Positions 36,201 through 48,490 of a DNA stretch of 64,000 nt are shown in pieces. Both the position numbers and the translations under genes were made by a program. Every line of letters begins with the position of its first letter. The first letter of the stretch is position 1. Below the pieces are notes generated by a model. That model was not told the DNA's origin and searched no databases. It saw nothing but the letters and a program-made list of their open reading frames with translations. Source of the stretch: Leptogorgia sarmentosa (lineage: Eukaryota); contig OZ210884.1 in assembly GCA_964658305.1 (NCBI GenBank), positions 1,860,001 to 1,924,000 on the forward strand, written 5' to 3'.

Positions 36201-39200
36201 AAAGTTATTGTGGTAATTTTTTGCCGTCAGCTAAATCTTCGATTGTGGCAAAAACGTTCCAGTTCAACTGTTCACTTACTTCAGAGTCTTTACTGTATTC
36301 CCTCCACCCGAGTCCGTTCCATATCCGGTAGACCACTCAGAATTTATCGTTCCAATACGTTCAATATTTTTCACTCGACTTACGATACCATTAACAGAGC
36401 TTTCTAGTATATAATAAGATACCTAAGCAACATAAGAAGAACAATAAGAATCAAAATCATTTAACGAGGAAATTTGAATCTATAAGTATTAGGAACTATA
36501 AATTATTGGATGTCAATAGGGACATAGCGACTGGGGAATGTGAGGGGTTTAACTCCACTCCAACTTAAACCAATACATTATATGAAATAAATATAGACAG
36601 AACCAAGACCAAAATTGAGGTAAATCACCGCAAAAGAAGGTCTCCACAAGCAGAACTGAAGACCCAAAAATGCCATTTTCGAAGATCTAGAGACCTCAAA
36701 TTCTAAAATAATTTTCAATCGCTGTTGTCCCTCATAGTCTTCAACTGCACCCGACTGCTTGCGATAATTAAATCACTAATCCCCCTTCCCCACCCACGCA
36801 CACGAAAAAAGCTTCGCTACGTCCTTGCAATCATTATCTTGCAAAAATATTGTAATCTAAAAATTTTTCTTCGATGAAACGGGCTGTAGTAGCAAATGGC
36901 TTTTGGAGGCAGTGTTAGAATTATATAATATGCATTTATTTATGCAGGATAATGCATGATCACGTGATCACTCGACATGTGCTTTTAGAGTTTCTTGTTC
37001 GTTACGCTACTTGTACGTTGTACTACTATTAACTAGAAATACATACATGCAGCAACCCCTCGCTCGTCTTACTAACGTACCAAGACTACAGTCTACATTA
37101 AACTCAATGCACCTATATTCTAACAACATGAAGTACTCAGACATTGTCGTCATAACAACAACACGGCAATTCATATTTTTCCGTATATTTTTTTATAAAT
37201 GAAAAATAATGTAAAAAATATCATTTTTTTAACCTGGTTTTTATAGAATGTTTTTTAATTCGCAGAATATATGTCGCACTAATGTCATTAAACCTAAATT
37301 TGATGTAACATATTCGCATAAGACGTTTTCAAATGTTTTTATTTTTAGGACATTATATTTTTGTTTCATACAAATTTCGTCTTTGAAATAAAACTATTTT
37401 CATAGGTAGCCCAACGCACGCATGATGTAACATTCTGTAGTATAATATGACATCTTATATGTCATATTATACTACGGAATGTTACGTCATGCGTGCGTTG
37501 GGCTACTATGCTATTTTAAGCCAATATTCGCTCGTATTCTTTCCATCTAAAATTCGTTAGTATCTTGAAATACTAAAAAGGCCATCTTACATTTGCAAAA
37601 CGTAAAATTTCTTAAATTAAACTGTAAACAGATTGAATGCGGCTAAACCAGCCATTCATATAAGTACGCGAGAATTTTATATGCAAACAAAACATACGCT
37701 TGTCTTGTATTTCAATCCATTGTCGCTTCTCGTGGATTTAAAATCTCTTTCCAGCATTAATGTCTTCTCAGGAGTCTTTTATAGTCTTGCAACAATAGTC
37801 TTCGTTATTGTTTTCCCCTTTTTAAAGCCTTAAATAGTGTTCGCTCTTCATGATAGTCCATAGGCAGCCCAGTGATCTGGGGTTTTATTATGTTAACTAA
37901 GGTTGAATAGGGCTATTTCATCATCCTTAGTTGTTTATATGCGTGCGCCGACAATACGGTCACTCGCGTATGTAATTAATAGTTATAATAATTGACAATA
38001 ATAATTATAATAATAATTATAACTATTAATTACAATAATTGACAATAATAATTATAATAATAATTATAACTATTAATTACATACGCGAGTGACCGTATTG
38101 TCGGCGCACGCATATAAACAACTAAGGATGATGAAATAGCCATATTCAACCTTAGTTAACATAATAAAACCCCAGATCATTGGGCTGCCTATGGATAGTC
38201 CGCCATATTTTTGAGATCAGTTATGACCACCCACCCTACCTTGACCCAAAATGGCGGCGAACTGACTTTCAACTCCGCTCGTGCGGAATTATTACCCTCG
38301 CCCCGGGCTAACGCCCGGACGGCGCTTCGCGCCGTGGCTCGGGGATAAGGTTCCTTTTCTCAACTTAATATTAAAATATTCAATTATACAAGTTTGGCAG
38401 GGTGATTTGATAATAGGCAGAACTGCGCTATTTAATTCCTTTGTCTCTGTATGGCATGGAGCACTGTTCTAGCATTTTGTTAACAAAAACGTTATATATA
38501 TATACATACATATACTAAAAATACATGATTATGACTTCTAGGCAGGGAGACTGTCATACACCTTTATAGTATTTTTTCACTAACCAGAATAACTTTGCCG
38601 ATGGTAACGCCAGATGGAATATTAAGAATCCAGTTTACAGGTCGGTAGCTAACAAGCACAAGTACAATGGGTCTGTTGGATTTTTTCCGACTGATGATAT
38701 TTACTGTAAGTTTTCCAGCTGTTGGAGGACTACCATAACCTCGATTGATAACCTCGTTCACAGCCAGTACGTGGAGCTCGTACTTTGGTGAACTGTTATC
38801 AGGAGTACAAGTGTATGTGGCATCAGAATTTGCAACAATTTTACATCCATAAGCATCAGCTAGGGTAACAAACAGGGTTTAATTCAAGTGGAGGCGAAAG
38901 TCGAATGCTGCCTTAATACCCAAGAAAATGGGATTTCTGAAAACAATTTTACGTAACCCGAAATGAGCGTCATTTATACCACTACGGCAAAAGTAACGTT
39001 TTCGAACAAAGGTAAACGGAACCCCGTTTTGCTATATATTTTTGCGCCGTTTTTAGACCGATTCGGAGTAGTGTAAACGTATAGTCCTGAAGGCAACATG
39101 CATCAAAATTGACGCAACATATTTTTTAATTATTTGGTAGCATAAAACATTCATCGATTTGCTTTTTTTTGTATTTATTGACTCATGTTTGATGTGGAAA

Positions 39201-39715
39201 TTATCACAATGACGTTGTATATAAAGAAACCGCAAAATCCCAAGAGCTTATTGTTTGTTTCTCGACAATCTAAAATTACTGAAGTCTAGTGAAGTAACTT
39301 GCAGTGCGGCGTTAATTTGAATATCGAGCCGTGGTCAATATCAGCAAAACAAACCAAGTTAAAAAAGTTTGAGTAAATGCTTTATTCGGTCATTCGTAAG
39401 CTCGCTCTTTTAGCAGCCGTAACAAAGATGAGGCGTCACATTTCGATGCATATTAAGTCTGAAGAAAGACATACTGTATGAATATCGACCAATTAATCTG
39501 ACCTATGGAATGCAGGAACACAACTTACGCAAACACGTATCATAATTATAGTCTTTCCCGTTACAGTAGCAGTAACCACTTTTGCAAACAGGCTTCATGT
39601 CACCATAACCAGGACAGTAGTTACGTTGACATCTTGTTTTTTGGCAAGAAACAAGTGCTGGGAAATATTCCAGGGCAATAAAAATCACGACACAGTTGAA
39701 GAAACTTTTTTCCAT
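26712..39715 (-). CDS. Gene M (complete CDS, 15 coding exons, 786 aa): type I membrane protein; signal peptide + 3 x [EGF/EB-like cap + betaglycan/endoglin orphan-like domain] + stalk + TM + short Tyr-motif tail
   Basis: Hand-spliced on the minus strand, all GT-AG, 2361 nt open frame. Exons: 39715-39529, 38859-38585, 36422-36280, 35709-35606, 35322-35158, 34618-34353, 33702-33560, 33445-33342, 32708-32565, 31202-30937, 30035-29893, 28843-28755, 27215-27030, 26956-26921, 26821-26712 (TAA). Confidence 0.86.
28755..32708 (-). CDS. Gene M module 3 exons A 32708-32565, B 31202-30937, C 30035-29893, D 28843-28755
   Basis: Same cassette; D is shortened (QIHKRYGVVTSFRGTYRTNQWSLKLSGDV) with a GTAAGT donor, phase 1. 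Confidence 0.86.
30757..30876. mobile_element. MITE, PIF/Harbinger (Tourist)-like
   Basis: Imperfect TIRs (..gacgtc..ttcatgtgccgaa / ttcggcacatgaa..gacgtc..); TAA on both flanks. Confidence 0.7.
31287..31673. mobile_element. TIR element (aatggaccaattgca termini); relative near 53898-54127
   Basis: Long imperfect inverted arms; a second diverged copy is in the window. Confidence 0.65.
33342..35322 (-). CDS. Gene M module 2 exons A 35322-35158, B 34618-34353, C 33702-33560, D 33445-33342
   Basis: Same cassette, open frame. Confidence 0.88.
34918..35095. mobile_element. MITE with internal 10-bp tandem repeat (gactttgggc)n
   Basis: TIR aacctgggaccttaagtcg / cgacttaaggtcccaggtt; 4 internal decamer copies. 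Confidence 0.7.
35606..38859 (-). CDS. Gene M module 1 exons B 38859-38585, C 36422-36280, D 35709-35606
   Basis: Homologous to gene P exons with identical phases. Confidence 0.88.
35749..36198 (-). mobile_element. Non-autonomous hairpin element, probably Crypton-derived
   Basis: Absent from the paralogous intron 33446-33559; ataataa at both ends; about 150-nt hairpin; remnant ORF MACSRFASLNESEL at 35963. Confidence 0.65.
37401..37510. mobile_element. 110-bp fold-back MITE with 7-bp TSD, P-superfamily-like
   Basis: cataggtagcccaacgcacg...cgtgcgttgggctactatg; TSD ctatttt (37394-37400, 37511-37517). Confidence 0.8.
37859..38193. mobile_element. 335-bp fold-back MITE with 7-bp TSD, P-superfamily-like
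   Basis: Near-perfect inverted arms of about 125 bp starting cataggcagccc; TSD gatagtc (37852-37858, 38194-38200); empty site at 3812-3818. Confidence 0.88.
39529..39715 (-). CDS. Gene M first coding exon: signal peptide + first Cys-rich cap
   Basis: MEKSFFNCVVIFIALEYFPALVSC-QKTRCQRNYCPGYGDMKPVCKSGYCYCNGKDYNYDTCL. An acceptor (ctgcag) lies 16 nt upstream of the ATG, implying a 5'UTR exon; candidate donor CG|GTGAGT at 39888. Confidence 0.85.
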
Positions 39716-42700
39716 GATTCTCGCGTCCTTCCTGCAGAAAAGCATAATAAGTGCATCAAATCACGATTTGACATAGTGAAATGTCCAGTACATCAAATTA
39801 AGCCCCATTTACACTACAAATTTCCCCTGCGCGGTACGGATAATTATTTTCAGTAAGACACGGCAAATCACCCGTTCTGAAACTCACCGTGGTAGAGGTG
39901 CTCGACACGGAAGACAATTTATGCACGGATAACCAAACTTTCAAAACCGATTTTGAACACCCCAGTAGATTTGCACCCCCCGGTTAAAATAACCTGGTAG
40001 CTACAATTTGACCACCCGGTGCTCTTTGTAGAAATGGATACCCGGTCCAAAGCCCTACTAGATTTTAACCCCCTTTAGTTGATTTTTACCCCTTTGTAGT
40101 CGGAGCAAGTTATCCGATATAAAAATAAATACACACAGAAATGTGACTAGAAAACATTGTTTTTTATTTATTAGATATCTAGAAAACACAAACTCACCTA
40201 AAGTAATTAATAACGTATATAACACAAACTCTTTGCGAAATCGGACAGCTTTAGACTTCGGGAGTCTGGGAAATGGCATCACAAGGTTTCGACTGAATCA
40301 GTTAAGTTGTTATCACTTATTGTTTAGAAGCATTGATGGCATGTGCGTTCCTCTGATATTCTATTTCTAGAGCTTTTGTACATGTTATAAACTCATCCGC
40401 TGATAGTCAGCTTTCCTTTTGGATGAGTGATTGTCGTATTGTCTCTTATTTATCAGAAAATTGTGTTTTATAAAATGCCACACTATTATTTGATTAAAAA
40501 GCCGTTAACATTGTTAAATTTACCCGTGGCGTGCAGAAAATAATTGGCGCCTGTGCTATAATTTATCCGAGGCGTGCCCGAAAATTTGTTTAGGGCAAAC
40601 GGAGCTTTATTTTAATGAAACTTTCATTTCTAGACGAACTCTTTGAATATGATTTTCATAAAATCAATGAAGTACATTAATATATTGATATTGTGAACTT
40701 CAGTTACAAAATATGCATGGTAAACATTTTGGGGGGAAAATCAATGAAACTTTGCGAATTTTCTATACAGGGTGTCTCAAAAATGATGTTGTCGTATTGG
40801 ATGTTATTGTGCGTTATATACTAGGCGCATAAACGTAACTTTTACATACCTAGTTACAAAGATGGGAGTCTCAGCTGATAAATAACATGTTTTGTGGGAA
40901 CGATGAAATTTTTCGGTCGAAATCACATTTTTTCATTTCTACCCCGAGTATAAATAGGTGCATAACAAAATGAAGACGCAATCAATCACGAGTATGTCAT
41001 GGCAACAAAGAGCTTAACTCAACCAGCTTACTGATTTTACCAGGATATTATTAATAATTTGAACATATTCAAAACATTTATTAAAGTGAAGTTCGTCCGC
41101 TCCGAGTCCCAGAGGGAGTAAATTTTCAGTACGTTTAGTCCCGATTCTCAAAACTATGTGACTTCGACCGACAATTTTTAGTAACCTCATAGCTACTTGC
41201 TTCGTTACGCCAAAAAATTCGCGAACAAAAAATCTCATTCAACAACTCTCATGAGAGAGATGAGACTGAGACTCTCATTTTTACAACTATGTAAAATTAC
41301 GCCCATATTAATGAAAATAATATTATTTTTATGAATGAGCGCAACAAATGAAAAATATTGCATTTTACCACGAGACGAAGAAATATTAATTTTTGGTCGT
41401 TAACGCAAAATTTTCAACTAATTCTAAAGTTCGTCTAAAAGTGGAAGGTCCAATACTTAAATTAAAATACTGAACATTTACTGCAATAGGAAACGTATTC
41501 CGAGGAACAAAAATGTTTTTATTGTCATTAAATCGTTGTCATAATTATGGCAATCCAAGACGGTATGGAATAAATTACGAAACCTGTCGACGTCAACACA
41601 TAAATGAATATTATGCAAGTGAACATTCCTTTGTAATTGGAATGTACTTCAACTTAATTGAATAATTGCATGCACCAATTATACCTCTGATACGCTCACG
41701 CACAAAGATATTCATCCTTTTATTACTGCCTTTCAAATCCATACGAATCAAACTCAATTTTATATATTTCGCTTTTATTAACCAAGCTAACTTTGGCGCG
41801 CGGAACTACTATAACTATTGCAAAGGTTTTTGATAACGTAACGTAGCTATTTCTATAGGTCGGTCATTTAACCAATCTTGGCGCTGATATACACACAATA
41901 TATAATATCCCGTCATCTACCAGTTATAATATTTGAAAATATAGTCATGTTATTTTTGCGAATATTGCATACTTTTGTTTTAGGCATGGAGAAGTGAGAT
42001 AATCAGATTTTGAATTTGCTTATCTCTTCGCCACAAGCCTATATTGAGCCAAATGAATATTGCGCTGGATATCGTACTATTTCTCCAATGAAATTAAAAG
42101 AAGTGACACCTATACTTACGCAACAAACTGAAATTATTTGTGTCGGTTATAGCTACTTACCGGAATATCAGATGAAGGACTGTACGTATACTTCGGATGC
42201 AGATAATGCTTGCAATTAAGTTTTTTGTTTCAATACATATTTGAGACAAGTTCTTGATAGGCGAAAGAATACAGATATCAAGATTCCTTGTCAGAACTAA
42301 ACAAGTATTATTCAATTGGTGGTTGATTCGCGACGTTGCTCACTTGTCAAAAATCATGTATATTGAATTGTGTAAAGAATTCTGAATAATTAAGAAATGT
42401 TTGTGACGTGGAGGAAATGAATTGACATTAGCGGTTAACAACAGAATTTGTTGGAAGCCACTAAAAGGAAATAAAGACCTTTGAGCTCTGAAGCTATAAT
42501 TATCCTTCAGTTAATGGAACAACCGAATAGTGGCGCTTTTCCGCATCCCGTCGGACAAAATGACAAACCGCACGATTGGCTAAGACGCACTGAACTCTTA
42601 AACATAGACATGTCGACATGTCGACAATTAAGCCTTTCCGTTAAGTTATTGTTATTTTTTAGCTTAAAAGTATCAACGAAAATGAAGTTATGATTTTCAA

Positions 42701-43176
42701 TGAAATGTTCGATATAAATGATTACATGCATAGATTACGTGCAGTGTTATTTTGAGACAAAAAACAATCATGTTATTACAGTGCTGTATTAACTTGAGCT
42801 TGAGTAGGACTTAAACTCTGATTTCCTTGACTTGTAAGCCGCCTTATATCATTAAAATTTGCGTATAGGATACGGCAAGAGACAGGAGCTTCATGAGCTA
42901 ATTGTGAAAAATTTTGAGAGCTGGTATTCCCGCATGAAATTTGCGGATTTTATCTGTGTGATAATACTGAACCGAGCCACCATGATCTATTACCTTATAT
43001 GTCCCCGCGGTAAATTAGGCATTTTGATTTGCAAAAAAGTCATACCTTATACGACGAATAGGATGGAATAGAATGGAATGGATTTTGGACTATTATACAA
43101 AACATGATTCAGTTTTCAAAAATATTGCTTTTGACTTCGAGTCCACCAATTAAAACCACAACAAAACTCTGCAACT

Positions 43177-43971
43177 CTCCGAAAAAGGTTTTCATTTTGA
43201 TTCAACGTTTCGACTAGCTTGCAGTCATGACCAGGAATGACGCAACTAAGAATTACAAAGTTATATATACAAGGTGAAATACGATATCAATTAGTTAAAA
43301 TCATTAGTTCCTTCGAGGCTTTATACATCCATGGTTAAGTTCCGGTCTTTGGCGATGAATATATAGGGATTCTTTAAAGAGTAATACACGCGTACTAAAA
43401 CAACGCGCCCAATTCATAACTATCTACGTACGACACGACCAGTACTAACACCTTCCTCAGCATGAAAAATCGGACTCCTAAAGAGCTACAAAGTTCGGTA
43501 GTTTATAAATTTAGTTGTCCTGGATGTCAAGCTTCCTACATTGGAAAGACAGATCGTTGCCTGATGACAAGATTGAAAGAACATGCCCGAAGTAAAGAAT
43601 CCGAAATCTACCTGCAAACACATAAATGCATGCGAACATTTCCAGTATTATAGGACGCTACTTAATTTTCCTTATACTCTATTTAATTTTCACGAATTCA
43701 CTCGTGAATCAATTATTTACAACAACTGTAAAATTTTAGACAAATCCAGACACTGGTCTTTATTACTCTTTAAAGAATCCCTATATATTCATCGCCAAAG
43801 ACCGGAACTTAACCACGGATGTAAAGCCTCGAAGGAACTAATGATTTTTTACAGATATCGTATTTCACCTTGTATAAAATTATATAACTTTGTAATTCTT
43901 AGTAGCGTCATTCCTGATGATAACTGCAAGCTAGGCGAAACGTTGAATCAAAATGAAAACCTTTTTCGGAG
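43177..43971 (+). mobile_element. 5'-truncated Penelope-like retroelement: frameshifted GIY-YIG endonuclease with inverted pseudo-LTR
   Basis: SSVVYKFSCPGCQASYIGKTDRCLMTRLKEH ... LLFKESLYIHRQRPELN (frameshift near 43610); 43177-43386 is the reverse complement of 43761-43971. Confidence 0.88.
43910..43948 (+). ncRNA. Degenerate minimal hammerhead ribozyme motif in the Penelope pseudo-LTR
   Basis: attc-CTGATGA-taactgcaagctaggc-GAAA-cgtt-gaat; the inverted copy keeps an intact GACT/AGTC stem II. Confidence 0.6.
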
Positions 43972-44809
43972 TGTCCATTGTTCTGTATTTAATAATATAA
44001 AACTACTCAGTGGTAACCGTAACTGTGCAACTCGGTTTTGTACTTAAAGTGCTACTGAAACGAAATTTTCGATCCCTTTTTTTTCCGCTTTAAACAATAT
44101 TTAGGATTTTAGATGAATTTTGATATATAAATGAGCACTGTATGTTGACTGCAAGATAACTAATTTTGCCCTCAAAGTGCGACTTCGCATCCGAACTTTT
44201 TGATCCGCCATATTGGCGCGTGTGACGTCATAAGATGAACACGTCTCGAAGCTTTCTCTATAGATTCTATTGCGCTTGCTGTATTGTCCGTGATCTTTTC
44301 TCGATTTTATTCGGAATGTAAAAGTTTTCTGAACTTAAGATAAAAGTTATATAATTGTAAGAATATACAGAGCAAAAATGTCCAGTAATGAGCGGAATAG
44401 CAGTGTCGGCTCACCAGAAAACGGCAAAACACTTCGTCGGATTTAGATGGCGGTAATAAAGCACATCTGGGTCTCTTTGCACGTAGCATCGCACAAGTAT
44501 ATCTAAGATGACGAACCTTTGCAAGAACCAGGGGGAAATATAAAAGTTGTAGAAGATCCTGATGGTATATTGCTGTGAACATTGGAAGCTAGAAGCGACG
44601 GCACAGTCATTATTGAACAGTGGTACGTTCTCCTTATTTGCGTTGTTTATGTTAATGTAATATGCTAAGTAAGCCCAACATGACAAGCAGATTATTTATT
44701 GCGCATTTGTCTCAGTCTTCTAAGGATAGTTTGAACTCAGTAATATTCTTTTTGTTACTGGAACAGGCCCAAGACTAAAGCTTTATTGGATGATTCATAA
44801 CTCACATTA

Positions 44810-45330
44810 TTATATGGACAGCGGTATTTTATTGGGAACTAAAACACTCGTAGAACTCATACGCCACTACATCCGGGATACGGTGCGCGTATTTTCCGTA
44901 TGTCACGCTTAGGGGTGGCATAACCTTCCCGCCTTTTTCGCTGTTTACAAATGGCTTCTACTTCAAGGTTTGTGAATTTAAGCGAAGACGATATTAGTAC
45001 GTTTTGCGAACAACAAAGCTACAATACTACAATAAACTACAATAAAGCGGTATTTTATCATCTATATTTACTAAAGGCTAATTTTAAAGCCATTAATTGT
45101 CGTGTTTTAGACTGCATGTTTTCATTAAAAGGGTAGTTGTTGTGTATTTGTCACTCTGAATAAGTCCATATAATAAACAGAACATTACACGGTTCGCTCG
45201 AAGATATGGATTTCATGTTCTCGTGGCAAGAACAATATCTCACTCGTTCGCTGCGCTCACTCGTGAGATATTGTTCTTGCCACTCGAACATAAAATCCAT
45301 ATCTTCTCGCAACCGTGTAATATCCTATAT
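44810..45330 (+). mobile_element. Non-autonomous hairpin element, probably Crypton-derived
   Basis: Remnant ORF MASTSRFVNLSEDDISTFCEQQ at 44951; long hairpin at about 45183-45325. Confidence 0.6.
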
Positions 45331-48300
45331 TTATATACATATCACATACCAATTTCATGGATATACATAATAGATATCACATACCAATTGTGCATGAAAA
45401 TTCTGTACACTAACTCTAACATTATTTTTTTAGATATTTAAGAGCTGTTGCCTACACATGTGGATGAATTAATACTTTTTGGGTTTATAATGATGGCACC
45501 AGTTTCACCCTAGAACTCTATTATAGGAAAGAAACCTTCTGAACCGTACCTATTCTCTGGAAATTCCACATTATATACATGTAAATGGCGCTAAACATAT
45601 TGTTTCCCAGTTTGGATGTTGGGTCTGGAATGCCAGTCGAGCCCCAAAGCTCTCGTTATCGCGGGGAGGGAGGGGGGTGGGTGGGGAGGGGGGCGTTTTC
45701 GCCGGGGGTTTGCACTGATTTAAAGTGTTATCATTTTGACATTCGTCCAACCAAGACATGCCACTTTACCAACTCTCTAATCACCAAATGGCGGCGAACG
45801 ACAACGTGAAGGAAAGTAATTTGCTTTCTATTAATACTACACAAAGATGTTTCCACGGTTAGTAATCTCCGAGCCAGGGCGCGAACATAAGTCCGGGCGA
45901 GGGTAATAATTCCCCACGGCCATTTAGACCGACGTAACAGACACCATAGCGGAGTCGAAAGTTATTTCGCCTCAATTTTGGGTAACGGTTCAAAGTTGGT
46001 GGAAGGTCATTATAACACCATAGAAAATATGACACCATAGACTGAGAAAAATAAAGGCTTTCGAAAGGGCAAAAACAAAGACGAAAACTATTGCTGGAAG
46101 ACTATAAAAAAACTCTTCTTGAAAAGCCATGAGAAACAACAATGAATTGAAATGCAAGATATAAGCGTATGTATTTTTTGCATATAACATTTCTCCATAT
46201 TTATTTGAATGGCCAGTTTAGCTTCATTCAAATTGCTCACAGTTTAATTTTCGAAATTTAACCTTTTGTAAATGTAAAACTGCCTTTGTATTTCCAAATA
46301 CCAGCAAACTTTAGATGTAAAAGAATAGGAACGAATATTGGCTTAAAATGGTTTTATTTTAAACACGAAATTTGGGTAAAATAAAAATATAGTTTTCATG
46401 AGGTTAAAACATTTCCAAACCTTTTTATGAGAATATTTTTCATTTAATTTAAGTTCAATGACATATATGTTACATATGTTCTGCAAACTGAAAAAATGAT
46501 CAATAAAAACCGGTTAAAATTTGACATTTTTCCGTTTCAAAAAACATACTGAAAATTATGAATGTCACAATATATTTCATGTTGCTATAGTAGTAAGGCG
46601 AGAGAGGGGGCCGCAGAGGGTCGCATGTATGTATTTCTAGTTGAATTTTAAATTTTGCCTGAATACCCGTTTACACCACAAATTTTCATGGAACGGATTA
46701 TACACAAACAGCGTCAAGAGTTCAGGAATGATAATATGTATAACCTCCGATCAGGAATGATGATACGATTAACCGTTTTGCTGGTTAATATTAATCGCAT
46801 TCTGGTTGGGAAACGGTTGATTATGCTGAGCCATCCTTCTGTCTCGTTGTTTAAGATATTTATCAGCCATAAAACCTGTAAAAAAGTGTTAACGTTTTAT
46901 TATCCAGCTACAACCACGATGAATGTAGAAATTCTCTTAAAGAAGCGCAACATTCAAAAGTTAATTAGGATGCTATACATGATAACAGTGACATACAGAT
47001 GCCAGTGAAAACCACAGCGTAGCAAATAGTACTGGGAGGTGTCGCGCATGTGAGGTAATCGGAATCCGCCTTTTTCAGCTTTGCGCTCCGGAATCTAGGA
47101 AATGAGATCCGGAAGCCAAGAATCTTAGGGATCCGGAATCCAGACTCATGGTAATAATAGAAGGAATCTGGAATCTACTACAAAACTCCAATATTGAATC
47201 CATGGAGAGGATCCGGAGTACAGGCACGAGAATGCCAAATCCGAAGAGCTAGTTATATGGTGACCAAATATCATTATTACATCACTTCCAGAAACTGATA
47301 AATAGCAGCAAAAAATAGGCAGGTTCTTTTTGGATTTTTATAAATTGATCAGCCTGTCACTAGGAACATTATTGTCGTTTGAATTAAATTCATTTTATTA
47401 TGTAGAATGGTTCCAACACGTAATCGGAATTATAACAAGATGAATAATGCTTTACTGAAAACAGTTAGCGATATGTTATTAACTTTATATCAGTACCTAG
47501 TCCAATGATCAACGGGACAGAAATAAAAAACAGGTAATAGAGACGTTCACTGATCGCTTCTGGAAAAAAATATGAGAAAAAAAAGTTAATTACCTGCCTC
47601 CTCCACAGGTGCTTTTATGATTTTAATGCCCGTTTTCCTCTCCATTATTTCGCCGCCACCGGCGAAAAAATTTGACAAAAAAATAATTTTTTTACATTCA
47701 TTCGACACTGAAGAAACTTTTTCCACTTTTGTAGTTGTTGAAAATGTTCATCTTTTGTCTGACTTTCAACTGATAATGGAAAGGTCAACGAACTAAACTT
47801 TTAAGTGGCGAAATCTTTCGCCAGATACGGCGAAATACGTGAGTGGAAAACGTCCTTGATAGAAATCAGTAATTGGCATGGACGGAAATATAGGGATGCG
47901 CCGGAAGTCTTGATGCTAGCTGGAAAGTCGAAGAAGTGCCTGGTGATTACACGGGCGTCGCCAGGTTGTTGAAGCTGGGGGTGAGGACACGGTTAGCATC
48001 GAAGAGGTGATATTTCTATGATGATATTATGTGAGTGAGGGGATTTTGGGGTATACCCCCGAAAAAAATTTTGATTCCTAGGTTCTCTAAACGCTATTTT
48101 TTGCATTTTAAGGCAGGTATATTGATAATCTAAAAGCCACATATCGGAGATTTGTTTCAACAACAAAGGTTGTACAGGCTGCTAAACACCAATTGTTGAT
48201 GATTAACTGGGCACACATTCCAGTAGAGTTTAAAGTTGCTATACTTGTGTATAATGCACGGGAAATGATAATCACATTCGAAATCTGATTATCACTTTGC

Positions 48301-48381
48301 CATGCGTAATACAAAAGTAAACGAAATTTGCAAACCACATTGGGTTAAATGTCGCTTTCCAGTTATAGCCGAAATAAACCA

Positions 48382-48490
48382 GGCACGACACGGCACGGCA
48401 CGGCACGGCACGGCACGGCACGGCAAGGCACGGCACGGCACGGCAAGGCACGGCACGGCACGGCAAGGCACGGCACGGCATGGCACAGCA
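48382..48490 (+). repeat. (GGCAC)n pentanucleotide microsatellite
   Basis: About 21 units with a few GGCAA/GGCAT variants. Confidence 0.95.

Larger units (their letters stand above)
37010..38350 (+). mobile_element. Dispersed repeat ending in a hairpin (host of the two fold-back MITEs); other copies near 3730-4000 (+) and 45865-46650 (-)
   Basis: Shared end attattaccctcgccc...gcccggac..gcttc.cgccgtggctcggggat and collinear internal similarity; boundaries approximate. Confidence 0.65.

Noticed and set aside
46655..47008. Longer intergenic ORFs (also 53648-53995, 56987-57286, 61247-61576)
   Set aside because: No recognisable motifs or splice-consistent partners; several overlap repeats.
47594..47650. 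Minus-strand ATG exon MERKTGIKIIKAPVEEA with a GTAATT donor
   Set aside because: No supporting downstream exons or recognisable homology; gene M already has its own ATG and signal peptide.
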